From positions 1 through 53,873 of IMG/VR virus record IMGVR_UViG_3300017971_000342: a stretch of DNA of 53,873 nt, one strand, 5' to 3'. Position numbers and translations under genes: made by a program. The number at the start of each line of letters is the position of its first letter. Positions within the stretch are counted from its first letter, which is position 1. Of the stretch, positions 1 to 9,914 are shown piece by piece. The DNA comes from a virus. Taxonomy: Duplodnaviria > Caudoviricetes. The notes beneath the pieces are model-generated. The model did not search any database. It saw only the letters and a list, made by a program, of their open reading frames with translations, and was not told the origin of the DNA.

Positions 1-2381
1 GCACTTTCCAGCGCGGCCAGTGCCTCTTCTTTGGAGCTCACGTTTATTATAGTGATATTCGGCACAGCCGGTGCCGCCTGGGCGCCAGCCGCCATGTTCT
101 GGGCTGCGTCATTAGGGACTATTCGTCCGGAAGAGTTTGGAGCAAAGAGCTCTGGGCCCTTCTCCCCGACGACGTAAAACTGCCCAGGGACAACCGAACC
201 GCCGTCGGCCTTGCCTCCGCCGAAAGCGCTTGCCAGACTACCGAAGAAGCCTCCGCCACCACCGCCGAGGGAGTTGAGTAGGCCGGAGATTGCCTGTCTG
301 GCCAGTAGCCGTGTCAGATCGGCAAGGATCGAGTCGACCAGAGACTTGAAGTTGACCTTGCCGGTCGTGACGAACTCGACCAAGGCGTCCTCCGCCGAGT
401 TGAAGGCGTTGACGAGGGTTGCCTCGGCCTGTGCCCCGAAGCCATGGATCGTCTGCTGAATCGACTCTAGACCGGCCTGAATGCCACTCTGGAGTTGAGA
501 AAGGCGTGCGGCAGGGCCATCCTCAGGTGCGGGAGCAACACCTGTTCCTTGCGGAGTCGTTTGGCCTGCTGCCGCAGCCTGTTCCTGAGCTTTTGCCAAC
601 CGCTCTTTGCCGATTTCCTCGGCGCGGTCGAATAGGCCGTTGACAGAATCCTCGAAGATCGTGATCTCGTCAAAGCCCTTGGCGAAGCCGTCTATGACCG
701 CGTTCGCCAGTTGTTCGGTGGCTCCCTCTGCCGTCTGCTCCAGTCGAGGAATGACACCGTCTCGAGCCAGTCGTCGGTAGGGCTCACCGACACGACCGGG
801 GATCTTACCAAGTTGCTGGTAGAATCGACGGAATCCCGAGTCAAGAACCGCGAAGACCTCGTTCATCGCGTCAATCATGATTTCCTTCAGAGCCGGACCA
901 AGGTTCTTGAAGATGGCCACAATAGCGTTCATTGCCCCACGCCACAGGCCGATCCATGCATCCAGGCCCCTGGCGGTGAGCATCACCATATCGGCAACGC
1001 TGAACTCTATGTCGTCAAAGGCGCTGGTGATGCCGCCGAACTGGTTCTTGAAGAAGTCGACCACCAATTGGCCGGTGGTTATAATACGCTCCCACACAGC
1101 CGATATGAGATCGCCGAGGGTGGCCACACCTTCCTCTGTGAGCTTGATCTCGTTACGGTAGGAGACCAGGGCCCCGATACCAGCACCGACCGCTGCCAGA
1201 GCAAGGAGAGGAGCCAGGGCAGTCAGGGCTGCGATGAGGGAAGGCAGGGCAGCGAAGGCCAGAGCGTAGACCGCACCCTGCACGATTTCGATGTGCTCGG
1301 CCAAATACCGAAGACCGTTGGCCAAACCGTCGAGAATCGACTGGAGGCGATCGCTCCATCCGGACTCGCCAAGGGAAAGCTGAACAGCCTCAAACGCCGA
1401 CTTCACCCTTAGCAGCGATCCGTTCAGGTTGTCGTCCATGATGCGGGCAACTTCCTTGGCCGTACCACCTGCCTCTTCGACTCCTCTCGTAGCCTCCTTG
1501 ATCTTAGGGACAGAGTTGATCAAGATGTTGGCCGCACCACCGCCTCTGCGGCCGAAGATCTCGTAGGCTTGGCCGGTGTTCAGACCGGCCTCAGCCAGGG
1601 TGCCGAGGGCCTTGGTCAAGCCAACCGAAGAAACCCTTACCTGGTCAGCCGAGACGCCGACCTGCTGGAAGATCTTCCGCGTCTTAGAGGAAGGCGACTC
1701 CAGCTCGATCATGACCTGACGCAGGCCAGTACCACCGAGAGAGCCCTTCAGCATGTTGTCAGCCAGAACCTCAAGAGCACCGACCGACTCCTCAAGGGAT
1801 ACGTTCAAGCCATGGGCTGCCGGCGCTACGAATTTCAGGGCCTCGCCAAGTTGGTTCACATCGGTGGCCGAGTTGTTTGCCGCATAGGCCAGCACGTCCG
1901 TTACGCGTCCTGCCTGATCCGCTGCAAGGCCATACCCACGGATGGCTCCGGCTGTGAGCTCCGCTGCCCTCTGAAGATCCAGCGAGCCTGCCTGGGCCAG
2001 GAGGAGCGTGTCACCAACCGCCACCATAGTCTCGTTGGCCTTGAAGCCTGCACGAGACAGCTCAACCATACCCTCAGCAGCTTGCGTCGCGGTGAACCGC
2101 GTTGTGGCACCAAGGTCACGCGCGGTATCGCGGAGCCGTATGAAGTCTGAGTTGGTTGCCTGCGAAACAGCCCGAACGGTAGACATCGCCTGCTCGAAGG
2201 AGGCGATCGTCCGGATCGTACTCCGAAGAGCCAATCCGGCGCCAAGGCCAAGGAGAGCCGTCTGTAGACTACGGACGCCTGTGGCTGCGGTCTTCGCTAC
2301 ACCGCCCACTTCGGCGATCCGCCTCTTGACGACGCGAGTCCCCTTCTCCTGAACGATTATGTTGATGCGTTCTTCAGCCAT
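1..2381 (-). CDS. Tail tape measure protein (TP901-type core), 3' end runs off the window
   Basis: Absent from the ORF track because no stop lies in the window. Hand translation from ATG 2381: MAEERINIIVQEKGTRVVKRRIAEVGG...ARDLGATTRFTATQAAEGMVELSRAGF...; near the edge FVTTGKVNFKSLVDSILADL...GGKADGGSVVPGQFYVVGEKGPELFAP. Follows the tail chaperone genes. Confidence 0.93.
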   Translation of the reverse strand, partial: MAEERINIIVQEKGTRVVKRRIAEVGGVAKTAATGVRSLQTALLGLGAGLALRSTIRTIASFEQAMSTVRAVSQATNSDFIRLRDTARDLGATTRFTATQAAEGMVELSRAGFKANETMVAVGDTLLLAQAGSLDLQRAAELTAGAIRGYGLAADQAGRVTDVLAYAANNSATDVNQLGEALKFVAPAAHGLNVSLEESVGALEVLADNMLKGSLGGTGLRQVMIELESPSSKTRKIFQQVGVSADQVRVSSVGLTKALGTLAEAGLNTGQAYEIFGRRGGGAANILINSVPKIKEATRGVEEAGGTAKEVARIMDDNLNGSLLRVKSAFEAVQLSLGESGWSDRLQSILDGLANGLRYLAEHIEIVQGAVYALAFAALPSLIAALTALAPLLALAAVGAGIGALVSYRNEIKLTEEGVATLGDLISAVWERIITTGQLVVDFFKNQFGGITSAFDDIEFSVADMVMLTARGLDAWIGLWRGAMNAIVAIFKNLGPALKEIMIDAMNEVFAVLDSGFRRFYQQLGKIPGRVGEPYRRLARDGVIPRLEQTAEGATEQLANAVIDGFAKGFDEITIFEDSVNGLFDRAEEIGKERLAKAQEQAAAAGQTTPQGTGVAPAPEDGPAARLSQLQSGIQAGLESIQQTIHGFGAQAEATLVNAFNSAEDALVEFVTTGKVNFKSLVDSILADLTRLLARQAISGLLNSLGGGGGGFFGSLASAFGGGKADGGSVVPGQFYVVGEKGPELFAPNSSGRIVPNDAAQNMAAGAQAAPAVPNITIINVSSKEEALAALES

Positions 2382-2830
2382 TATCTACCTGTGTCTATCC
2401 TGGCTCCCGCCACGGCGTCAATTCCCTGCTGCACTGCTGCTTCTACAAACATCGCCGGAGCCTGAGACGAAGAACCTTCGTTCAGAGGCTGGATATAGTC
2501 GACGTTGTTCGTGATGTGGATTGCCTGTTCCGCCTGGTGATTCGCGACAGCCTCGCGACCCTGGGCCAGTGCGGCCTGGGCGTTGGCGGTTTCGCTGAGC
2601 TTCCCGGGATCGGTTCCGGGAGCAAGAGGGGCATAAGGCTCGATCGGTGTGGTCACCTCAGAGCCCAGGGAGACGATCCAGTTGGAGCGAGCCCGACCGG
2701 TGTCAACAGGAGTGCCAAGGACCAGCGCTTGGTCAGCCGCAAGTGCTACCTTGCGGACGACCTTACTGACCTCTCGAGGGACGTTGTTTGCCCTCAGTAG
2801 CATTCTCCTGGCAAATCGCTCGAGGCTCAT
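2381..2830 (-). CDS. HK97 gp10-like neck/tail completion protein
   Basis: TPVDTGRARSNW motif and ITNNVDYIQPLNEGSSSQAPAMFVE C-terminus; TAATG-coupled to the tape measure gene. Confidence 0.8.
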   Translation of the reverse strand: MSLERFARRMLLRANNVPREVSKVVRKVALAADQALVLGTPVDTGRARSNWIVSLGSEVTTPIEPYAPLAPGTDPGKLSETANAQAALAQGREAVANHQAEQAIHITNNVDYIQPLNEGSSSQAPAMFVEAAVQQGIDAVAGARIDTGR

Positions 2831-3171
2831 TTCTTCTTGGCTTTCTGCTTAGATTGTAGGTGCTTCAGGTACGCATTGTCCATCTTCCTCACGATATAGA
2901 AGAGGTCGTCGCGTTGCTCTCCCTTGATCCCAAAGGCCGCAGCGTACTCGCTGATCGAACTCCACGGAATCGGCCTCACATCCCAGCCGGTTGGCCGGTC
3001 TGGGTCAAGCTCAATCCATGCCGTGAAGTACAGCTCCAGCCCCATAGCAAGGGTCGGAGCATTGGCAATGCGCTTCGGGATCGGTTGTCGATCCCGAAGG
3101 CACTGCTCGATAATCTTCCTCTCAACAGCGCCCTGCTCTACGGTGTAGAGCAGGACTTCTGTCAGTTTCCC
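2827..3171 (-). CDS. Tail assembly chaperone frameshift extension (gpGT-like C-terminal part)
   Basis: The -1 frame is open from the GGGAAAC site (3171-3165) through KLTEVLLYTVEQGAVERKII into ORF 2827..3045. Confidence 0.8.
   Translation of the reverse strand, partial: GKLTEVLLYTVEQGAVERKIIEQCLRDRQPIPKRIANAPTLAMGLELYFTAWIELDPDRPTGWDVRPIPWSSISEYAAAFGIKGEQRDDLFYIVRKMDNAYLKHLQSKQKAKKK
3132..3171 (-). other. Programmed -1 ribosomal frameshift signal
   Basis: Minus strand G GGA AAC directly before TGA, then a perfect 10-bp stem CCTGCTCTAC-acc-GTAGAGCAGG (3154-3132). Confidence 0.88.
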
Positions 3172-3623
3172 ACTGCGACGTCGTTCAACTCCGCGCGGAA
3201 GAGAGCGCTGGCCTGAGCCTGGTTCTGGATGTCAATGAACAGATCCTGGAGGTTGCTGAACACCAGGGCGACGTTTTCCGGCGTGACGGGCAGGAGTTTC
3301 TCCTCCGTGCTCTCGACACCGGCATCGCTCGGGGCAATCCCCTTTTCCCACTTCGGGTCGGCCGCTGTACCAACGTTCTCCTCCCAGTTGAGGACGACTG
3401 TGTGAGCGTAGACCTCACGGAGGATGGCGTTGGACCGCTCGTCATCGAAGGAGCCAAGCGCTATCGCTCTGCGATAGGGCTTGGTCTTCGCATCGAGCAT
3501 GCGGCTGAAACGCTTGTTGGCACCACCGGCTCTGGCGATCGTGATTCTCGTATCGCCGTAGTCGATGACGATGCCCTTCTTTTCCAGATTCGTGTCTGTC
3601 TTGAACTGCTTGCCTAGTGCCAT
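3162..3623 (-). CDS. Tail assembly chaperone (gpG-like)
   Basis: Between the tail tube and tape measure genes; ends VGN-stop on a slippery heptamer. Confidence 0.85.
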   Translation of the reverse strand: MALGKQFKTDTNLEKKGIVIDYGDTRITIARAGGANKRFSRMLDAKTKPYRRAIALGSFDDERSNAILREVYAHTVVLNWEENVGTAADPKWEKGIAPSDAGVESTEEKLLPVTPENVALVFSNLQDLFIDIQNQAQASALFRAELNDVAVGN

Positions 3624-3682
3624 AGTACTGCTCCCGTGTTCCTTATGTGCTATCGCCTGCCGCGCTCCCGTTGATGCGGCTA

Positions 3683-5269
3683 TCAGGCGTCAGCCAGCGT
3701 GGGCAGATAGTCAAAGAAGACCATCAGCATTGTGTGATCCATGTTGGTGTCGAACGACGCAGCCGTGGCAGCGGTCATCGACAGGGGCAGCGTGATAGGC
3801 TGATCCTGCTCGATGTTGAGCTTCCCGTCGCCCAGGGTGATCAGCGGTAGGTCGATTGCGATACCCTTGTTGTTCGCGACCAGCATGGCGTCGATTGTCA
3901 CCGAGGAGTTGGCCCTGATTGCCGCGATCGCCGCGACATCCGAGAAGTAGGCCGTCAGCTGACCGCCAACCTCGAAGGTTCCGGCCGAGGCGTCAAAGGC
4001 CCCGAGGACGCCGATTGCCTTGTTCGGAACGACGTTGTTGTTCACCGTCAGCGTGATGTCCGACGCATAGGCGAACAGCGCCGAGGGATTGCCATTGGTT
4101 TCACTGTGGACCTGCAGCTTGATACGGCTGAAGTCGCTGGAGGTATTGAAGGCATCCGCCTCAACCAGCGTCGGCCGCGTGCCGGACTTCGGACCTTCGG
4201 AGCCGGTCTTCTGCTCCACGTCTACACCCACATAGGCCAGATCAGCCGTGACCTTGTCGGCCGCAGCGATGTTGAGCGAGAACTCGTTGGGCACAGCACC
4301 GACCACGTACTCAGCCTGATCGTAGGTGTCCGTGGTGTCAGCCTTGCCGAGGATACGCTCCAGCTGGTAGGTCCGGCGCGTGATGAGAGAACCGGTCTCA
4401 TTCTTCAGACAGCGACCGATGAAGAGCTGAATCAGCTCGGTCGCGTTGGCTTCGGTCACCATGGTGGCCTGCGTCTTGTCGAACTCCAGCCGATTGGCCG
4501 CAATTTGACGGACGCGAGCGAAACCGTTGTTGGTCGCGTTCGTCTGGAAGGACGTGGCTGTATTGTCACCGCCGATGAAGATCCACTCGCCAACAACCAG
4601 GTCCAGATCGGTGAAGTCCAGCGTGGTGCTGGTCAGGGCCGGATAACTCCCGGTCATGTCGACATCGAGATCACCAGCCGCAGTCTCAACGCCAACCTTG
4701 ACGATCCAGGCGTTGGAGGTCGCAGCCTCATCAACCAGGGTGACCGCAGTCTCGGCACCGTCAGCCGCGAAGACCGTGATGTTCGTGGTGGCAACCGTGT
4801 TGACCTTGAAGAGGCCGTTGTTCGCGGAGTTGGAGAAACCGCCAACCAGCACCAGGTCATCGGCAGCGAAGAGGGTTGTCAGGTCGGTCGTGCCACCAAC
4901 GCGCGTGAAAGTGTCAGTGGCAGCCGTGACCGAGATGGTCAGGGTCGTAACACCAGGAGCGTTCTTGAGATCGCCCTTGGTCCGGAGGTCTGCAAAGAAG
5001 AAACCCTGAAGCAGGCGCTGAAGATTGTCCTGGGTCAGGTCAGTGCTGAAACCACCGGAGGCATCCAGATCCGTGACCACACCCTTCTTCCGCTGACGGG
5101 AAGCATTGATCGGGTTTCGTGCCACGGTGGTGATTTCACCACCAAAATCGGGATACGTATTCGGCTCGGCCGGAATCCAGACAGGCGTCCCCGGGAGAAC
5201 CTTCAGCGAGGACTCCTCGGCGATGCGGAGGCCAGTGCCGTTACTGTCGAGCTTGTAATTCGTCGCCAT
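3683..5269 (-). CDS. Major tail tube protein with an internal beta-rich insertion
   Basis: 528 aa, Thr/Ala-rich; VARNPINASRQRKKGVVTDLDASGGF motif as in YuA-like tail tubes; position. Confidence 0.85.
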   Translation of the reverse strand: MATNYKLDSNGTGLRIAEESSLKVLPGTPVWIPAEPNTYPDFGGEITTVARNPINASRQRKKGVVTDLDASGGFSTDLTQDNLQRLLQGFFFADLRTKGDLKNAPGVTTLTISVTAATDTFTRVGGTTDLTTLFAADDLVLVGGFSNSANNGLFKVNTVATTNITVFAADGAETAVTLVDEAATSNAWIVKVGVETAAGDLDVDMTGSYPALTSTTLDFTDLDLVVGEWIFIGGDNTATSFQTNATNNGFARVRQIAANRLEFDKTQATMVTEANATELIQLFIGRCLKNETGSLITRRTYQLERILGKADTTDTYDQAEYVVGAVPNEFSLNIAAADKVTADLAYVGVDVEQKTGSEGPKSGTRPTLVEADAFNTSSDFSRIKLQVHSETNGNPSALFAYASDITLTVNNNVVPNKAIGVLGAFDASAGTFEVGGQLTAYFSDVAAIAAIRANSSVTIDAMLVANNKGIAIDLPLITLGDGKLNIEQDQPITLPLSMTAATAASFDTNMDHTMLMVFFDYLPTLADA

Positions 5270-5278
5270 CGTCGACTC

Positions 5279-5716
5279 CTATTTGATTTCGTCGTACTCG
5301 AAGTTTGCGACGACATTCACCATATAGAAGTCGCCGTCTGGGCCTATTTCGTTGATCGTTACGTCATAGAAAATGACTCCGTTCGAGGACGTAACGCCTT
5401 CATATGCATCCATGATTATTTTAGCCAGGTCGGTGTCGCCTGGCAAACCGGTGCCAGATGGGTAGAACACGGAGACTGTAAGGACGCCTGTTCGCCGAAA
5501 CCGCCTGGTTCCAGTAGCTCCGGCCAAGGACGCTTGTCGGCTGGTCACATGCCGCACCGTCGCCCTACACCAAGCCGTGCCGGCAGCCGGAGGGACCGAC
5601 TTATTGGCCACGTTCTCCCACTTGATGAGAGATGCACTCTGGCCAGCCGTGGTCACCCAGGCCGTAGTCAGCAGCGACAGGATATCTTCGTAGGCTTGGC
5701 TTCGCGAAGCAGGCAT
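5279..5716 (-). CDS. Tail terminator-like protein
   Basis: Start moved to ATG 5716 (TAATG overlap). Directly upstream of the tail tube; RRFRRTGVLTVSVFYP and NVVANFEYDE C-terminus. Confidence 0.72.
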   Translation of the reverse strand: MPASRSQAYEDILSLLTTAWVTTAGQSASLIKWENVANKSVPPAAGTAWCRATVRHVTSRQASLAGATGTRRFRRTGVLTVSVFYPSGTGLPGDTDLAKIIMDAYEGVTSSNGVIFYDVTINEIGPDGDFYMVNVVANFEYDEIK

Positions 5717-6126
5717 TATTTGGCGACTCCTATGAAGTAGAGAAGCACCACATCTCCAGGCTTCAGCGTCTGCGTGAACGTGACCTTCCACTTGGTCGTG
5801 CCGTCTACCACCTGATTGGCAGTCAGCAGATCGAACGGTGGAGACGTAGTCCCCGGCGCTACGATACAGATCTGCTCAGATCGCTTCAGTAGGTCTTCAT
5901 CCACCCCTCCCAAGCCCAGGAGGCGTCCGTCTGTCGGAGGGACGAAGGTTCCGTAGATCGTGGCCGTGGCGTCCGGTGTACCAATCGGGTCAGCAGGGCC
6001 CTCCCAGGGCTTGCTGGCGTTGGCCGGACTTTGGTCGAACCGATTGAAAGTGACCGAACGACCGGTCCCCTCGATCAGGGTCTTCGCATCGGCAGCGAGC
6101 TCGGTATATCCAACGATGTCTGCCAT
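5716..6126 (-). CDS. Head closure / head-tail joining protein
   Basis: 136 aa in the canonical position after the adaptor; translationally coupled on both sides. Confidence 0.65.
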   Translation of the reverse strand: MADIVGYTELAADAKTLIEGTGRSVTFNRFDQSPANASKPWEGPADPIGTPDATATIYGTFVPPTDGRLLGLGGVDEDLLKRSEQICIVAPGTTSPPFDLLTANQVVDGTTKWKVTFTQTLKPGDVVLLYFIGVAK

Positions 6127-6977
6127 CAGACCCTCACGACTCCGCCTGTGCCCTTCACATACTCCTGGAGGAGCCGGTCGGCCGCTGGGTAGGGCTTGGT
6201 GATGGTTATGGTGGCGTCAGCGCTGTAGGTCGTCTCTGTCTCTATCGGGCCGACCTTCTTGCGAGTCCCAATGACCTTGCCACCGGTCGCATCCACCGTC
6301 GGGTCCGGCGCCAGAGCCGCGCTGCTTGCACGGTAGGCATACTCGAAGGTTGCGGCCTTCAGGTTCGCCGGGATACGGGTGATCAGCTCACCTGTCTGGT
6401 CACGTAGACCTGTCCGGGGAAACTGCAAGGGCTGCTGGTTGCGGGACGAACCAGTAGACGTGGCCGCACTGAAGGAGCCATTGGCTGCCGTCGTGGTAGT
6501 CGCCAGTCCATCGTACAGGACGTAGACCACCAGGGTCGCCGCGTCTGGGTCGGGGAACCAAAAGTCTGCAACCTCACCGTCTGCCGCAGCCGCAGCTGCG
6601 CTCAGAGCCGTCGCGAGGTTGCAGAGAGTATCGTAGAGGGTGTCGCCAATCTCTGCGTGGGTATCGAGCGTTGCTGTGGTCTTGAAGGTGGCGACCGCTG
6701 TACCCACGGTGACGGTTTCACCGTCGGACGGCTGAGCCGTCAGGGTATAGGCCGACCGCGACAAGAGAGACAGGAACCGGCGCATGCCCTTCAGCTTCAA
6801 ACCCCACCGCGTGTCGATGTAGTCTGTCGCCGCGATGAGGGCAGCTTGAATCTGGGGATCTGTCAGGGCCAGGGCTCCGGACACCGCGCGGTCGGTGTAG
6901 TAGTCCTTGAACTCCTGCACCGTGGCGTAGGCCGTAGCACCCTTGACACCGGAACTATCTTCAACTAGAAAGGCCAT
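6126..6977 (-). CDS. Head-tail adaptor (DnaT-like annotated family) with ~110-aa insertion
   Basis: MAFLVEDSSG..ATAYATV, ALIAATDYID, QPLQFPR, KKVGPIETETTY and YPAADRLL motifs. Confidence 0.78.
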   Translation of the reverse strand: MAFLVEDSSGVKGATAYATVQEFKDYYTDRAVSGALALTDPQIQAALIAATDYIDTRWGLKLKGMRRFLSLLSRSAYTLTAQPSDGETVTVGTAVATFKTTATLDTHAEIGDTLYDTLCNLATALSAAAAAADGEVADFWFPDPDAATLVVYVLYDGLATTTTAANGSFSAATSTGSSRNQQPLQFPRTGLRDQTGELITRIPANLKAATFEYAYRASSAALAPDPTVDATGGKVIGTRKKVGPIETETTYSADATITITKPYPAADRLLQEYVKGTGGVVRV

Positions 6978-7609
6978 CAGGATACCTCGCTGAACTGACG
7001 TGGTCGCTGGTTGTGGTAGCAGGAGACAGGGAGGATCACCTGGGCATTAGACAGGGCGATCCTGTCCCCTACGGCCACACGCGTCGTCACAGTCCCCTCG
7101 ACGGCTGCTACGGCTCCATTGCTGGCAGCCGCCCAACCGTTCGGGAACTCTCCGCCTGTCGCTACACCGGACGCCACGAGATCACCGTTGACCCACATCC
7201 TGGCCTTGCCGGAAGAAGGGATACAGGCCACCACGATATCCAGGACTTGGTTCTGGACAGTGACTGGCCCTTCGAGCGTAACACCGTCGGCAGCCACGGC
7301 ATCACCAAATGCCGCATACAGCTTGTCGTCGGCCGCAGCGATCCAGATCGCAAGCCCAGTGGTGGTATCGCCGAGCTCAAAGATGACGCCGGCAGGGGCA
7401 GCGCCTGTGATCTTGACCTTCGTTCCTACAGTAAAAGGCAGCGACCTGTCCGGAAACAGGTCGCTGACTGCTATACCAGTTTGGTCAACGTCGAAGTCGT
7501 GGGTCCGATGGAGCTCAAAACCAGGGTGACGCAGGCTTTTCCGACGCTCACGAGCGTGGAAGAAATCTGCCTGCTGTCTTGGTGTATTGAGTAGCCATCG
7601 GCGAGCCAT
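6977..7609 (-). CDS. Virion protein with probable LamG/concanavalin-like beta-sandwich
   Basis: GVIFELG, LAIWI and ARMWVNGDLV strand pattern; head module; strong GGAGG RBS. Confidence 0.55.
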   Translation of the reverse strand: MARRWLLNTPRQQADFFHARERRKSLRHPGFELHRTHDFDVDQTGIAVSDLFPDRSLPFTVGTKVKITGAAPAGVIFELGDTTTGLAIWIAAADDKLYAAFGDAVAADGVTLEGPVTVQNQVLDIVVACIPSSGKARMWVNGDLVASGVATGGEFPNGWAAASNGAVAAVEGTVTTRVAVGDRIALSNAQVILPVSCYHNQRPRQFSEVS

Positions 7610-7620
7610 CTCCTCCTCCT

Positions 7621-8202
7621 TTACAGGGGCGGTCGGTTCGGACGCTGGGTGCCTCGGGCAGTTTTCCGTGACATGGCTGCGTCGAGCTGAGAGCCCTTAC
7701 TGATGTCGCCAGGTTGCAGTTGCTTGAAGATTTCGGCCCTGCGACCGGCGCGTTCCAACCGGAGCTCATGCTGTTTGCGGATGTAGGCCAAACGAGCCTT
7801 GGTGTCGTCCGCAGCTGTGTGGCCTCCGTACTCCGCCTGTTGCAGCCGGTCGCGTTCCCTGGCGACGTCGTCACGAGCCTTTTGAAGCGAAGTGATCTCG
7901 GCGTCCATGTCCTGGATCTGCTGATCAAGGTCGAGCTTGGTGACTACTTCCCCTTGCCCTTCCTCTTGCCGTTCTTGCACTTGTGCACTCGCGTCATCGT
8001 CGTTCTCCTCGGCTTCCGCCGCACGGTTGAGCGCTTCCTCCCGACAGAACTCCGGGTCCGCCTCGGTGACGTCCTGTCGGGTGATCTCCTTCGTACCAAC
8101 GAGACCCTCAACCACGTCCATCCTGGGCAAACCGTCGGCCGTCCAGTGTTCGTCGACCATCGGGTCGAGTTGGGCGAGCGCTTCTTTGATTGTCATGTCC
8201 AT
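7621..8202 (-). CDS. Conserved head-module protein with coiled-coil C-terminal half
   Basis: ALAQLDP..DEHWTADGLP..DVV N-terminal motif seen downstream of capsid genes in related phages. Confidence 0.55.
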   Translation of the reverse strand: MDMTIKEALAQLDPMVDEHWTADGLPRMDVVEGLVGTKEITRQDVTEADPEFCREEALNRAAEAEENDDDASAQVQERQEEGQGEVVTKLDLDQQIQDMDAEITSLQKARDDVARERDRLQQAEYGGHTAADDTKARLAYIRKQHELRLERAGRRAEIFKQLQPGDISKGSQLDAAMSRKTARGTQRPNRPPL

Positions 8203-8232
8203 GCTATGCTCCCACTTAGGATCATTCAGTTA

Positions 8233-8754
8233 TCAGTCGTCACCGAGGACGATGTAGGCCAGGTTGATCTCACCATTGACGGTCAGATCCACAGACTGGT
8301 CGTCCGTAATGTCGGCCGCGTCGATGAGCACGTTGATGTTGACCTCGAGCGAACCGTCGGTATTGTCCAGAACGGCCGACGTGGCATTGGCCGCGCGGGT
8401 GCGAACACCGATCTCCGCCGTGGCAGCCGCGAGAGCCGTCGAGGGGAGAATGTTGACATCGGTGCCGTCCAGCGTGACGTCCGCCGTGGGCGTGGTACCA
8501 ACCGAGAAGTCACCTTCCCAGTCAGCGGTCAGATTCGCGTCGGAGCCGGAACCGTCGAACTTGAGATAGCCGGTGGCGCCCAGGAAGAGGATGTTCCCCT
8601 CGGGGACGTCGCCAGCTACGACCGTGCCGAAACCGACGGCAGCGCCGGTCGCACTCACGGTGACGGTGAGGTCTTCGACCTTGATGACCTGACGGGTGAC
8701 ATTCTGCTTCACGAGCGTGCCGCCACGCGTCAGAGATCTGATGAGACCCTTCAT
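8233..8754 (-). CDS. Virion structural protein, probable capsid decoration
   Basis: Directly after the major capsid gene; beta-rich; ends LGDD. Confidence 0.6.
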   Translation of the reverse strand: MKGLIRSLTRGGTLVKQNVTRQVIKVEDLTVTVSATGAAVGFGTVVAGDVPEGNILFLGATGYLKFDGSGSDANLTADWEGDFSVGTTPTADVTLDGTDVNILPSTALAAATAEIGVRTRAANATSAVLDNTDGSLEVNINVLIDAADITDDQSVDLTVNGEINLAYIVLGDD

Positions 8755-8769
8755 AATTTCCTCCAGTAG

Positions 8770-8802
8770 AGATAAGGGAGGGCCCTGTTAAGGAGCCCTC
8801 CC
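8770..8802 (-). terminator. Hairpin after the major capsid gene (weak terminator or stability element)
   Basis: GGGAGGGC/GCCCTCCC stem (8776-8783, 8795-8802) followed by only TTATCT. Confidence 0.5.
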
Positions 8803-8834
8803 GGTTGTGCCTGCAAGAGGGTCAGGCCTTAGAA

Positions 8835-9914
8835 TCAGGCCTCACGCGTGCGGAGCAGAGCGAACTTGATCTGCTTCCGCTCGGGATAGCGCCGCGACCA
8901 GTTGGCCGCAGTGGCCAGGTTCGTGTTGCTCGGCCCACCATCCGGGATGCTGCCCTGGATGTAGGCGTGGCCGGTCGGATGGATGCAGTAGACCCGACGC
9001 GTGGTCAGGATTTCCTGCCCACCACCGTTGCCGGCGAGAGCCTGGCGATGAACCTCGGTCGGGACGTCGTCCGCAGCCTCACCCATCTGTGCCGCGTTGG
9101 CACCGAAGAGCCAGCTGTCGTAGACGCTGCCGGTCCGGGGCATGCCGTCATCGACGATGACCTCGCGACCCAGGAAGGTCGGGATCATGATCTCACCCCG
9201 AGCGTCCGGGATGAAGTCGATGAGGTTGTTCTTCTGCATCCGAGCGTAGACCACCGAGTGAACCATGATCGCGGTCAGCTGCTCCATGCTGTCGCCCATC
9301 GTGACAGCCGCGTCAACGAAGGCCTCGGCGGAGAAGTTGGTCACGCCATCCACGAACGAAGCGCCCGAGATGTCGTTGACCAGGTCATTCTGCGTGTGGG
9401 TGTCGCTGCCGCCAGGGGCGAGCAGGTTGTCGGCGATGACGCCGTTCCACACATTGATGAAGATCCGCTGGAGACGCCGGACCCAGTAGTAGGCAACGCG
9501 CGTGGCGATGGCCGCCATGGGATCGGCACCGGCGAGCTCACGGGACAGGCCGGTCGTGCTCCAGGACTGGTTACGAACCAGACGGGCAGCGACCTCGCTT
9601 GCCGTGGTGATCTTCTGCGGGGTGGCATCGCCTCGGTTGGCATCCGTCGGCGTGCCACTCTCGAAGCTGGCAGCCTGGATGTCGGCGATGTCATCCGTGG
9701 ACACATTCTCGGCACCGGTGGAATCACTGGCGTCGAGATCGAGGAAGGACGGGACGTTGAAGGTCTTGCCACCGCCTGCGAGCAGACGATCGAGGAACGC
9801 GCTTCTGGCCAGAACACCGCTCTGGACCAGTCGTGCCTTCTCCTCGGTCAGCTGCTGGGCATACGGAGTAAAGACTTCCGGTACCACAACATCAGAGACT
9901 TGCACTGCGGCCAT
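8835..9914 (-). CDS. Major capsid protein
   Basis: MAAVQVSDVVVPEVFTPY, GGKTFNVPSF, DPMAAIA, PTFLGREVIVDDGMP, LATAANWSR motifs; AAGGAG RBS before ATG 9914; own promoter. Confidence 0.93.
   Translation of the reverse strand: MAAVQVSDVVVPEVFTPYAQQLTEEKARLVQSGVLARSAFLDRLLAGGGKTFNVPSFLDLDASDSTGAENVSTDDIADIQAASFESGTPTDANRGDATPQKITTASEVAARLVRNQSWSTTGLSRELAGADPMAAIATRVAYYWVRRLQRIFINVWNGVIADNLLAPGGSDTHTQNDLVNDISGASFVDGVTNFSAEAFVDAAVTMGDSMEQLTAIMVHSVVYARMQKNNLIDFIPDARGEIMIPTFLGREVIVDDGMPRTGSVYDSWLFGANAAQMGEAADDVPTEVHRQALAGNGGGQEILTTRRVYCIHPTGHAYIQGSIPDGGPSNTNLATAANWSRRYPERKQIKFALLRTREA

Noticed and set aside
4106-5740. Long plus-strand ORFs (also 7714..8769, 8805..9920, 9502..10974, 21876..22895, 51833..53101)
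   Set aside because: Antisense shadows of well-supported minus-strand genes in GC-rich DNA; no motifs or RBSs.
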